Source: Azolla caroliniana
Lineage: Eukaryota > Plantae > Polypodiophyta
Assembly (NCBI GenBank): GCA_043228905.1
Contig: JBHGNT010000006.1
Span: 11,346,001 to 11,410,000 of the forward strand
Reading direction: 5' to 3'
Length of the DNA: 64,000 nucleotides
The position numbers and the translations under genes were made by a program. The notes under the pieces were generated by a model. The model was not told where the DNA came from. It searched no databases and worked only from the letters and a program-made list of their open reading frames with translations. This document shows, piece by piece, positions 35,101 to 46,881 of this stretch; the first letter of the stretch is position 1; the number at the start of each line of letters is the position of its first letter.

Positions 35101-35781
35101 CAAACACATTCAAAGAAGATATTAGTGGCTCCGAGAGTGAGTAGGAGAAAAGGAGTTTGCTCTAGCGAAGATCCACACGGCCGAAAACAGATTGGATATG
35201 CTATCGAAGGTGTTGTCAGCTAAAAAGCTAAACGCATGCCAACAGAGAATTGGTTTGGTGAAGTACCCCATGCCGGAGTGAAGGGGGATTTTGTTTGGAA
35301 ACATCTCCCTCTGGATGGGAAGAGAAGTACCATGTTTGTGAGTATCTCGAGCGAGGCCGAAATCAAAATGGAAATCGTAAACCGAAATCATTTCGGAAGA
35401 CTATAATTGTAAATAGTCTAAAGTGCCTCTTGGGGGCTATACTTGTAAATAGCCAGAAAGTTGCTTTGGTTTATAAGAAACTAGGGCAAACTTTATAGTA
35501 GGAGTTGTTGATCATTATTGAAAAGTTAGAACAAGGTAGTTGCCTGTGTAACCGTGAGTGAGAGAGTGACAGTATAACTCTATCGCCGTCTGTCAGACGA
35601 AGGACAACTCGAGGTTCCTGCCTCCGAGTTCCGTATTTGTACTTCCTCTCTACTATAGTGATATGTTTTCTCGAGGTTTGTGGACCCCCGTGGTTTTTCC
35701 CATTTCAGGTTTTCCACGTAAATATCGGTGTCTCTATGTCTTCACGTTTTTCTGTCTGTGTACTAGTTCTTGGTTTCAACA
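32126..35781 (+). mobile_element. Copia element D: degenerate gag-pol with internal deletions and 3' LTR (35292-~35781); 5' LTR missing
   Basis: CIYCGKPGH, WVVDSSAS, VHTDVC and LYVDDML, paralogous to the 5797 ORF. PPT GAGTGAAGGGGGA at about 35276-35288; LTR begins TGTTTGGAAAC. Confidence 0.85.
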
Positions 35782-35825
35782 CACGAATACGAACGTAAAC
35801 CGGTTGTGGTCGATCAATTCATAAC

Positions 35826-36938
35826 ACCTGCGTGGTTCTCCTCTACGAGGAGCATCGATTGTAAGTCGAAAAACGAGGGTGTATTCTCCCTTGTACAGAC
35901 TAATGTCCAGAATGCTCTGAACTTTGACGCCATGCCCCGAGAGAAACCTGCACCATCTCATCTTCCTCAACGGTTACGTTGATAGAGGCAAGTGAGTCAC
36001 ATATGTCTTTGATCCGGCCCGTATAGTCGGCCACCGACATGTCCTTCTGTCGGACATTGCTCAACTCTTGTCGGAGTTGCAGCTTCCGGGCCATGGTGCT
36101 TGCGGCGAAGACCTTCTTCAGGTTTCCGCAAGCTTCCTTTGGCGTCTTGGCGTTTCGGATACTGCTTAGCAGCTGATCGTCGACACTGGACACAAAACAA
36201 TACATAACTCTGCTTGTCGCTTGTTCCCAAGTCGGGAAGTCCTTGTGTGCCGCATCAGGTGCTGTATCGTTAGCTTCGTCGACATAACTCCAGTAGCCAT
36301 GCCCGAGCAGGTACTGGTGCATCTTGTATGACCAAGATGCGTAGTTGGATCTGTCGAGCTTCTCCATTTGGAAGCGAACTAGCCATACCTCTGTCCATTC
36401 TAACCTTTGTTTACAAATCTTTACTGAGTATTAGGGTTTGTCTTCGGAAATCACTCGTCGACTGCAGAGGTTCTCAACCCTCACGCTCTGATACCATGTA
36501 AAAGAATACGATTGCGGAAGCTAAGACAAAACCGACTCGTCCATATAGCAAAAGAATACAAACAGGTTTAATGGAAACCTTACACGGGAGAGACAAGAGT
36601 TAGAGTGGAACACAGAAAACATATGTATTCCAAAACACTAAACACTCTCTGCACATACAATGTGCTCTGTGACCACTTTTATACAAGTCCTTAAAAGGAT
36701 TGACAGAAGTATTGACAAGTACTTCAATGCTCATACGAGCGATTGACACTGACTCCTAAAAATATGCCTATGTACTAGGCTAGATTTGTAGGTCTCTAAC
36801 GTCCTACCCGTTACAATCCGATCCGGCTCCTGCTTTCCGAATACCATACGGACACCGATCTCGTTCTTCATTCCGGACTCCGATCCGGCTCTGGCTTGTT
36901 CAACCGATCCGGATCCGATTGAGCTTGTCCGCTCAACA
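35826..36938 (-). mobile_element. Copia element E 5' part: LTR 36497-36938, PBS, gag fragment (family of B and F)
   Basis: TGTTGAGCGG...TTTACA LTR, PBS TGGTATCAGAGC at 36496-36485, gag MDRGMASS...EKLDRSNYASWSYKMHQYLLGHG. It sits in an older gag relic (36939-~37300, ISITIDKDEI). Confidence 0.88.
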
Positions 36939-37930
36939 ATCTCATCCTTGTCAATCGTTATGCTTATCAATCTGAGGTAATTCTAAAGGTCCTTCATCTT
37001 TAACTTGCAGTCAGTTACAAACATATCTCCTATTGAGCTCTTATCAAAGTTGGAGCTTCCGAGTAGTGGTACTAGTGGCAAATTTATTCTTTAAGTTAAC
37101 CAACTCTTAGTTTTGCATCTTCGCATCTCAGATGTAGTAGAGCATGTGGTTTAAACACATGTGGCTAGAGACAATATAAGGCCCAACTTGTCTCTTGCTC
37201 GTCGATGTAACCCCAATAACCTTGCCCCACAAGGTATTGGTTCATCTTGTAATCCAAAGATGGGAAATTGTTGTGATCGATGTTCTCTATGGGAAGCGGC
37301 TACCCATTATGTATTCATTGTTGGTGTAGATTTCATGTTTTCTTAACTTCTTTCTTTGATCGTGTACACCTACTATGTAGCCTCACTGTAATAGCAATAG
37401 CCGGTTCAACAACCGATTCGATCTCGACATCTCAAGCATCTCGACCACACAAACACTATAGGCAAATGGGCTACATCGAACCCTCACAATATTATACCAT
37501 GAAAATAAATAGGGTTTCCTATTTATTTATACGGAAACAATATGTTGTGTGGATGTATGTAAGAGGAGAGAAGTTGAGAAAAGAGTTACGGATTAGTTCT
37601 TATAAACATTCACAAGAAGGGGAATGAAGATATTAAGCACAAGAGAATCATGAACATGACAATAAGCATTATATACATATTCAATTACACTAACCACATT
37701 GAATCTTGTTGGTTAAGTCTATGACTAGACGTACATATGACTATGATTTGTGAGTATAGCAAAGGGTGCCCATTAATATGATATTGTTCAAGTAGAAATT
37801 GGGTAACCATGTTAAATATGACCCATTTATTAGTGAGATAAGTAATGAATAATGTTCATTAAAAACTTTTGGTGGTACTCAAATGAAGATGTGATTAGCT
37901 CAGAGGATTCATTTGCATACTTAGACTATT

Positions 37931-38179
37931 CTTTCCAAGGACTTTCCATTGATATATGGCACTAAAGGGGTCCTCGTGAGGAGATCTAATAGATATTGGG
38001 AATATTCCTTTTATGCCTCATGCATGAATCTACTTGAAATGTAAAAGACATGTTCATAGTGTCTAGTAGACCTTTCTAAGCTATAAAAGAAATATTCCTA
38101 ATATCTAGTAGACCTTCTCACAAGGACTCCCTTGCCTCCCCAAGAAAATGCCATATACCAATAGAATGTCCTTGAAAAG
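37931..38179. repeat. Degenerate long inverted repeat (MITE-like hairpin)
   Basis: Arm 37931-38012 is about 80% identical by eye to the reverse complement of 38085-38179. Confidence 0.6.
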
Positions 38180-41108
38180 CATGTCCTACACCTGCATGAC
38201 ATGAGCTTGTAATCCGTGGGATTTTAGATCCAACACCCCTTCTATTTCTTTTGCATATTGGTTTGTTATTAGGACGACAATATGTTCAATGTTTCCTTCG
38301 GCACAATTCCCGCTTCACGCTGCATTCCCTTATTATGTTAAGGTGAAAAGCAAACCAATCTTTCTTGAAAGAAAATGTGCTCAATTTTAAAGCAATGGCA
38401 CACTTATCCAAAAAAACCAACTTCATAATTTCTTATTTGCTTGTCCTTCCCAATTTGCACTTTTTGTAAGTTCACACCAAATGTCTCATCTCCAGCCGAA
38501 TGCAATGTGGAGTTCTTGCCAAGTTGTTCTCTTCATCTTTTTCTTTATTCTTCATCAATTTTCATAGCTTTATTGACTCAACTTCTAGCTAATAAATAGT
38601 ATATTTAACTGATTTTGAGAGGGATCACCCCTTCCTATCCATGCTCCCCCCCTCCCCCTCCCCCTCCCATGCCTAAACAAACTACACTTTATGCAAGATA
38701 TTGCTTTTCTTGATCATGAAGACTACTTGGGGAAGGCATACTCTAGATCATTCATTACACATACTCAATGCAACCAATGCATTATTCATTGTTCAGTTCA
38801 TATAGTCAATTAATTCCATCACCACAATACACACTACCAATGATTAATAATGGCCAACCATCACCTTAATATTATCATGTGCAATCAATCAATCTCAACT
38901 TCTAACTATAAAAAGAAGTTATCCTATTATTGCACATAATAAAATTTTGATGACATGGCTTCTAGATATTATGGATCATACTTGCACCTTTATCCACTTT
39001 GATGACGACCAATGATTATGTGAATTGAGCATTACCTAAATGTAACCGGGGGCATATAGAAATGTTGTGGATTGCTTGCAAATTTTGGGGCCAAAGAGCA
39101 TGTCCACAAGATTTGGTTTGTCCTTGAGAATTTCAAGTTGCCTTCTATTGCCATAATCTCTTATTGATTCGGTGAAACTCCTTCAAAAACTATGTATCCT
39201 AGATAGCTTTATTAAGATTTTACTTAGGTCTTCTAAAGTAATAAAGGATAATGCACCTAACTATACATATGTTTGATTGATGGATTTGGTGACGATAGAG
39301 CCCTTAATTTAAGCATTTGAAAGGACCATAAGATAGAAGCTACTCTTCACTTGATTCATAGCTCAAAGGTCTAGTTCATAGAAGTCTTTATAGATTTGAA
39401 AGTACTGTATTGAATCATTGCAGTACATATATGGTAGTACAACATTGTGTACTACAATATCATTGTACTTCTATTTGCAAGAGTTCATTTATTTTACTTT
39501 GAATATGGTAGAGTAAATTATAACCTCTAATTTAGTGAGCTCCACTATTGGAATATTTAGTGAGCTATTTTTGTCAAATCAAGCTAGATACATAGAGAGA
39601 ACTTGACGGGCTATGTCATTGATTTGATCTCAATGGTAAGGACTTACATATCACTTCTTGTTAAACCATATTGGTTGGGGGCGACTTTGAGAATATTGTT
39701 TATTAACAGAATAGTGATTATTCACAAATACCAGTGATTTGGTTATCTTTCTTGACAGCGTGATTGTTGGAAGAAAACCATTTCAAACTTCATATTTTAC
39801 TTTGCACATGTAGGACGTTTGTATCATTTGGACTAGTTGTAGTGGGTATCTCATAAGCACAATACTTTGTCATCTATCCACACCTTTGCTACTACACTAG
39901 AAATAATTACCAAAGAATTACGGAAACTACTCTTGAAATTCTATATTATTAATGTTATTGTGCACTTTGTTTTTCTCTAACACTTCTCCATATGAAATAT
40001 TCAACGAAAACATGTTTTATTCAATTTCACCATCATTCAACACAAGTGAAAGTATCAATAAGGTTGTTCCATGAGAGCTAGTCCAACTATATTTGAATGG
40101 CATATATGATGTTCTGCACAACAAATGTGTGATAAATGTATGAGCATGTAAATAAAGTGTTCAATTCTTTTCATCAATATTGGCATTGCTTATAAATGGC
40201 ACTCCAAGGATAGAAATGGGTCGACTATTTAGAACAAGAAAGTACATGGTGAATCATAAAAGTGAAAGCATTACATCTATACATCATGTACATGTCTCCA
40301 AACGTCTTTGTTTATAGATTTACAAGTCCTTGTCAAGATTCTAAATGAGGGTGTATTGGTAAGTCTTGTGCTATAGTAAGGTTGTGGAGTTCAAGCCTCA
40401 AGTTATATCTAAAAGTAAAACTCCTTAGAAGTTGAAGTTCACAGACTCGATCCTAAAAACAATGACTCTACATTATTGACATTGACAATAACATGTTAAA
40501 AGGCAATGAGGTTAGGATGGTGTAACGTGCGCAGGAAAAGGTTGTGTCTCACAAAAGAATGAATGACTACGAAATTTGAAGGTAGGTTTATTGGAAGGTG
40601 TGTTGCCATACCCCCACAAACTCGACAACCAAAGGTAGGGTAATATTGGAGACAAATATCAATACAAAAATCCACTCTGGTGTCCTGCTTGTGCCCTTGT
40701 TCTCGAGGACCACGACACGTTATCACATCGGCCCAGTCTTACACCAGTTTTAGTTGGGTGCATAGAGTATCAATCGCAATTACAACAGGGGTATTACAGG
40801 GTAACGAGGGGCATTCAAGGAAATATCGGAAACTCGTGGGGCAACTAAAGAAAGAAAAAAGGAATGTATTTTATGTGGAGGAGTGCATGGACGCCAAGTC
40901 ATGCAATGAGTCACTAGAATTTGTTGCTAAATTTAGCTACATAAGAAATGATCTTTTAGTGTCTTTTTGTTTCTTTTCTTCTTCACACATATCAAGTGAA
41001 ACAGGAACGAGAAAGAAACAGAGTATAGGGAGAGCTGTACGTATTATTTTTTATCAAAACCCTAATCGGCTTGGGTTGATTCCTCATCGTCTTATATACA
41101 GGCACGGT

Positions 41109-42707
41109 ATGTCATCGGCAAGTGGTGAACCCATCCATCTCGTGGATGCCATCTTCAATGACCACAAGGACATCAGAGCCTTCTACCAAGTAAGAAGATG
41201 ATAAACAGCTTTTTGCACGCATTTGTACAAGCTTTCCCCATTTGTATTCTAATCATCCTTTTCTCAACATTGCAATATGTATATGGTCAATCACTCGTAA
41301 AAAAGTATTTTAAAGTTTTTCCATAGATTTGATTTCATTGTTTGCATTGATATTGTGTTCACTCGAGCTATCACCGGGTGATTGAAGTTTTTCGTGGATT
41401 TGATTTCATTTTCCGTTACATGTTGCATAATATTCTTCATTTAGGCTTAAATTGATGTCCACATCTTATATGAAGTATGGAAATGGTTTCTTCATGTCAT
41501 TCCTGATCGTTTTATGATGATGTGAAAGGTTTATTTCACATCAGTGAACATCATTCATGGAAATATTACCTAGTGAAATGCCAACTATAGCAATTATATG
41601 TATTGATTGTAATATTCAAGAGTTTCTAATGCCATGCCTTCTTCTTACTGTTTCCCTATTATATATCTCTTGTCTTTCTCAACAATACATTTGAATTTTG
41701 TCGGGCCGATTGCAGCAATACACATCATCTTCCACACCCGTGGATAAGGAGAAATGGAGCAATCAATGGCGTTGGACGATTGCCCGCCACTCCGTGGGGG
41801 AGGAGCTAATTGCATATCCTGCACTAGAAAAGCATGTTGTGGGCGGGCGTGCACTGGCCGACAAAGATCGCTCTCAACACCATGTAGTTAAGCAAAACCT
41901 CTCGCAGCTCGAGGGCAAGTTGGTCAACGATAGTTCATTCGATGCGTTGATGCAAGAAACGCAGAAGGTTCTTGAGCAGCATATGCATGAAGAAGAGGAG
42001 AATGACCTTGTGAAGCTTCGTGATGCCATCCCTAGGGATGAGGGCATCCGACTTGGAAGTAGATTCAAACTCACTAAGAAGTTTGTACCCACCCAGTAAG
42101 TTTCTTACTTCTCTTAGCAGGATTGGTTGGACTCAATGTTTAGCTTAGTAGCAATATATAGCATAATCTGAGTGGAATCAATATGGGCTTTATTAAAAAC
42201 CTCCTAGTAGCAATATCTAACATAATCTGAGTGGAATCAATATGGGCTTCATTAAAAAGTCCAAATTTGCCCAAAATCACCTTAAAATGATCCTTAAATG
42301 TAAGTGCAAGGCTTTCGATTGTTTTTCATTTGGAAAACAAGGGGAAAAAATGGATGGACAAATGATTTTCCTGATGATATTCATGGCTCCCGAGAGCTTT
42401 TTAACAATCATGTATTAGCTGACGATGTTATACATTAGGTTCTTTTACTTATGCTTTTATGTCATCCCTACATGTGGTTTTTGCTAGATCTTGTATATGA
42501 TGGCTTGGTTTTCACTGTTTTCCTGGCCCTCTGGTTTTTTGTTTGTTAACTTATTCTATGTGCATTTGCAGTGCTCACCCTGGTGCCCCCGACAAACCAC
42601 CTTTCGAGACCATCGTTGGGTTGCTGACAGCGCCCATTGACAAGCTCCGAGATATGTTTGAAACCTTCCCCAGTGATGAAGAAATCAAGGCTGCTAAACC
42701 CAACTGA
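41109..42707 (+). CDS. Stand-alone hemerythrin (HHE cation-binding domain) protein, 198 aa; exons 41109-41189, 41716-42095, 42572-42707
   Basis: Canonical GT-AG introns (phase 0, phase 2) join into one ORF: MSSASGEPIHLVDAIFNDHKDIRAFYQ|QYT...ARHSVGEELIAYPALE...DRSQHHVVK...EQHMHEEEENDL...KKFVPTH|AHPGAPDKPPFETIVGLLTAPIDKLRDMFETFP...PN*. It has the H..HxxxE..H..HxxxE di-iron ligands. A 5'UTR intron at 41037-41101 is possible. Confidence 0.9.
42147..42258. repeat. About 58-bp direct duplication in HHE intron 2
   Basis: TAGTAGCAATAT..CATAATCTGAGTGGAATCAATATGGGCTT..TTAAAAA occurs twice. Confidence 0.75.
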
Positions 42708-43493
42708 AACACTTTACTACACGCAGTGCGATATAGAATGCACGCACATACATATATATGTGTAGATATGTAGATATTTGTGTAGATAGAAGATAAGAGA
42801 ATGCTATGTTAATGTGATATAATGGATCACCCATGAGCTCTTTGGTACGGGAAATTATATGTTATCAAAGTTAATTTCCTCATGGAAATTCCTTTTTCAT
42901 TATCCATGCAAATAATGTATCTTTACTAAAACGAGTATCGTGTACAGAAATGCTACGTACCTTCTGTTAGTGTTTTTTCTGTGTAGAAGAAAACAGATCC
43001 TTCTATACTGATGATGGTTAATAGCCATGTGATAATTCAATGGCCTTATGTAATTGATATGATTCGTCTCGGTTAGTAGCTGTGAGATACCCATAACAGT
43101 ACAAATTATTTGATATGATCTTCAAGATCCGTCCATTAGTTCTGTTTGTTAAATGTTGTGTAGGTGATTGGAAAAGATTGTAGATTGCACACATGGTTAC
43201 TTTTGGAAACGAAACAAATTCAAACTGTTCGTCTTCCCAAGTTCCACCATAGTTGGGGTTTAGTCGATTGGCAGTGTCTACAGATATATATATATATATA
43301 TATATATTTGGATTACATGCAGAACTGTAGATCCAAAGAAACAAAATATAGAAAGCAGCAAAGAATCCTGTTTTGTCTTTTAAGACAAACGCCAGCTATA
43401 TCTTCTAACTACTCTTAAAATCTACAAGAACAGAGATTTAAAAAGAACTATTTATTAATATATTCCCATCTGAGATCTCCTTCTCATTCAATG

Positions 43494-43701
43494 AGAGGCA
43501 GCTTACACAGTCAGTATATATACGTTTCCAGCCCGGCTTACACGTTCAGTATATATATATATACACACATTTCCGGCCCCATGTCCATACCATTCATTAG
43601 AGGCAGCTTACACAGTCAGTATATATACATTTCCAGCCCGGCTTACACGTTCAGTATATATACACACACACATTTTCGGCCCCATCTCCATACCATTCAT
43701 T
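43494..43701. repeat. About 105-bp tandem duplication between the two genes
   Basis: AGAGGCAGCTTACACAGTCAGTATATATAC.TTTCCAGCCCGGCTTACACGTTCAG...CCATACCATTCATT occurs twice. Confidence 0.8.
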
Positions 43702-45036
43702 TTTTACCACATACACTTCTGGTACACAATATTCAATACGGTTTTGTGCGGAGTTCCATCAGATCCTAACATAATACATGGGAATGAACGAAGTATATAA
43801 ATGTGAACACGTTAAATCAATAAATGAGATAATATGAAAGTTTTTGGATGGTCTTTTCATAGAATAGGCTAGTTTTTTGGATGGTCTGGATAGAATGCAT
43901 AAGGATGGGGGTGACCATTGCCATTAACGGCGGCAGTGGATTGTCGTAACGATCAGCACATAATGAGTGGGTGATGTCTGTATAGGTCACAACATTGGCG
44001 ATCAGATATATAATTAAGATCTCATTGGATAGAGCTTATACAAGGTAACCCTTCTGGCTTAGTCCACCAAGTGTAGGAGAAACAAATTTTTCCAGATCCC
44101 TCACACTAGCTTGATCATGTCTCAATATTCTCACATTGCTACTCATCAGACCTCGTATTTTACATTGCCATTTATAAATCTTTATTCAAGAATTCTCCCC
44201 AAATTGTGTGTGAGAGATTGAATTGTGGAATGGGGACCTTGAGCTTGAGCATGGATTAGATTTGGATCCATTACTTGATTAATCAAGTGGAAAAGCTTCA
44301 AATTTCTCAACAAGAAGTTCTCCAATCAGAACCCCCCCTAAAATTACAGGATGTTACAATCAAGCGGAATGTTTTGCATAAGGTAGCCTTTATTCTAATT
44401 TCTGACCACCTCCCATTTGCTGAAGAAATTGGAGATGTTTTATGTCCACGCTAGTATATGAGATGACAGGATCTTGTTCAAGCAATATAATTACATACAA
44501 CTAGAAGATTAATTGCCTTGAATGATTGATTCACTTTACCTGATGGATGAAACCTATGTTGGATGCATCACGCTCTATGCCAAGTTACAGAAATAGGAAC
44601 CGTATAAAGCTTTCTCTGCTCACTCAAAACCATAGCTTTCTCTGTTATCCGTCCACCATTGTGAAGCTTGAGACATGGAAATCTCGCAATAGTAGCTCTG
44701 CCAACGGAAAGGGGACAGAGGTTACTCAGATATGCAGCATGGTTATCTCCCATAGTGGCGGTGCCAGCCGAATAAGAAGAAGAAGAAGAAGAAGAAGAAG
44801 AATGGGGAAGGAAGGAAGCCTCTATGACCACAGAGCAACAGATACCTTCTTCTTCTATCCTTCTGCCTGAAGTTGTGGCTGCAGCAGCAAAGAAGAAGAA
44901 TGGAATGGAGCTTCCATGGGCTTTACAGCCTCAGATGCAAAGCAGATTATGTGCTAACAAGGCTGATCGAGTGTTTCCATAGCTGCTGGATCCACTGCAG
45001 CGGGGGCAGGTGCAACATGAAAGCCACCTGCTCCGC

Positions 45037-46059
45037 TCAGAAGCCTGGCATCTGAAAGAAATCCGGGGTCCCCCCGAACAACACTTGGGAGACTTGCTCC
45101 CAATCGTAGGGGTACCTCACATTCACCACATTACCCAGCCCTTCCTCTTCATCTTCCTCCACACTTGCTATTATTCCTCTCGATCCCTCATCCTCTCTCA
45201 CTCCTTGATTCTTAGCATTCCCCCCTTCAAAAGAAGGAACTGAGAAGTAGCTCATTAGAGGCTGATCGAGTAACTCTGCAGCATTAGACTGATGATGATG
45301 ATATTGTGGATGGTGGCTCCCAAAGCTCTGATAGATCCCTCCTCCACAGATACCATTTTTCAGCAGCAGAAGCTCATCTTGAGATCCAGATATCCCAGCT
45401 ATGGATGCGCCTTGATTATCAAGGAGGTCTCGAGGTTGTGTTTGTGGTTGCGAAGAGAATAGAGATGCAGGATTTGGCATAGCCCTGTGAGGCGGGGGTA
45501 ATCCAAGGGAGATGAAGTTGGGATTTGCAGGCACACCGTAGCTGTCGGCCGTCGTGGCATCCATGTATCGAAGCTCAGGAACAGGGTTAGGGTTAGGGTT
45601 AGGCGATGGAGATTCGTCATAGGTAGGGAAGGCGCCATCAAAGGTAGGGTTAGTAGTAGTGAGGGAGCGCAGGAAAGGGTGGTGGGTGGAGGAGGAAGAG
45701 GAAGAATTGGTGCTTCCGCCATTGCGTTGTTTGGGCGATGATTTCTTGTTCTTCCGGAGGCCGCCGCCGACGGGGACATTGCGGAGGGAGCCGCCGGCAG
45801 TCCAGTAGCGTTTGCAGTTCTTGCAGAAGTGCCGGGGCTGCGTTCTGCTGTAGTTGTTGTAGTAGCAGAACTTGGTGTCGGGGGATTCACAGCGAGGGCA
45901 TCGCAGCGGATTCATCCCATCCTCCTCCTCCTCCTCCTCCTCCTCCTCCTCCTTATCATCATCATCATCATCATCATGCCTCTGCTTCCTCCTCCTCCTC
46001 CTCCTGCTCTTCGACAACACCTCATCCCACCGCTTCTTCTCATCTGCATCTGACCACAT
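45037..46059 (-). CDS. Dof (C2C2 zinc-finger) transcription factor, about 340 aa
   Basis: Complete Dof domain [50 protein letters not shown]. First ATG at 46059 (the ORF track starts at a GTG at 46071). The C-terminus has the aromatic-acidic YPYDWEQV motif. An upstream exon cannot be excluded (acceptor-like TTGAACAG near 46129). Confidence 0.95.
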   Translation of the reverse strand: MWSDADEKKRWDEVLSKSRRRRRRKQRHDDDDDDDKEEEEEEEEEEDGMNPLRCPRCESPDTKFCYYNNYSRTQPRHFCKNCKRYWTAGGSLRNVPVGGGLRKNKKSSPKQRNGGSTNSSSSSSTHHPFLRSLTTTNPTFDGAFPTYDESPSPNPNPNPVPELRYMDATTADSYGVPANPNFISLGLPPPHRAMPNPASLFSSQPQTQPRDLLDNQGASIAGISGSQDELLLLKNGICGGGIYQSFGSHHPQYHHHQSNAAELLDQPLMSYFSVPSFEGGNAKNQGVREDEGSRGIIASVEEDEEEGLGNVVNVRYPYDWEQVSQVLFGGTPDFFQMPGF

Positions 46060-46796
46060 TATATCACTCACTCACGATCCGATCGATCGATCGATCCGAT
46101 CGATGATCTCTCTCTCTCTCCCTCTTCCTGTTCAAGCGAAGCGATGGATCTTCCACACACTCTCAGATACAGTAACCCTATCTATTCTCGTCGCAGGCAG
46201 CCAGGCAGGGTTGGATTTCAGGTTTATTAGGTTTTAGGGTTCCAATTTGAGTTTGGATCAATAATAATAATAAAGATTTTTGAGTTCGGATTGGATTTTA
46301 AATGGCCCAAATTTTGGGACAGAAAATCCTAACCCCAATTTTTCTTTAGTGGTGGGAGGAGAGTAGGGTTAAGGTTAGGGTTAGACATGACCTGCCATGA
46401 GAATTAGGGTTTGGAGAATTAGGAGTTACAAAATACAATGAGCAAAACCTGGAAAAGATTTAGTTAGCAGCATTAGGGAAGAAGAGAATCAGATGATGGC
46501 CTTATTACAGTCAGTTAGAGCTGAATAATTAGAAGTATGAATCGGAGGAGCTAGGGAGGAAACACACCTACTCTGTGTCTGTCTCTAGTCTCTAGTCTCT
46601 CTGGTCTGTGTAGGTGGAGAATGAATGTGGTGCACAAAGAGAGGCGGATCCAAATTGGGGGGTGCAATGGGGAAGAGTAGCGTAGAGACTTAAGGCTATG
46701 GAGTAAGGGAATTCTTCAGAGAAGGAAATTAGACAATCAGAAGGGGAGCTGACAAGAAGAAGAAGAAGAAGAAGAAAAAGAAACTAATAATCAAAG

Positions 46797-46801
<5 letters not shown>

Positions 46802-46848
<47 letters not shown>

Positions 46849-46881
46849 CCGTCCAAATCTCTAGTGACGATGATGACGTCA
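46802..46881. promoter_or_regulatory. (TG)n microsatellite next to TGACG + TGACGTCA (bZIP C-box/as-1-like) upstream of Dof
   Basis: About 23 TG repeats at 46802-46847; TGACG at 46865-46869 and palindromic TGACGTCA at 46874-46881. Function is inferred only. Confidence 0.4.

Noticed and set aside
38900-40400. Possible ancient TE relics (also 48500-49800 and 51500-52400)
   Set aside because: The composition hints at decayed coding sequence, but I could not recover a convincing motif by eye.
40680-41108. 173-aa ORF extending the hemerythrin N-terminus
   Set aside because: It has a non-ATG start and no homology-like features, and it crosses a likely 5'UTR intron. Only the last 27 codons from ATG 41109 fit the protein.
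44547-45055. Short ORFs with poly-R or poly-S
   Set aside because: Produced by a (GAA)n microsatellite in the probable Dof 3'UTR or downstream region.
45585-45604. TTAGGG-like repeats (also near 46365-46385) as interstitial telomere
   Set aside because: Only about 3 units. Inside Dof they simply encode PNPNPNP; upstream ones are at most telo-box-like.
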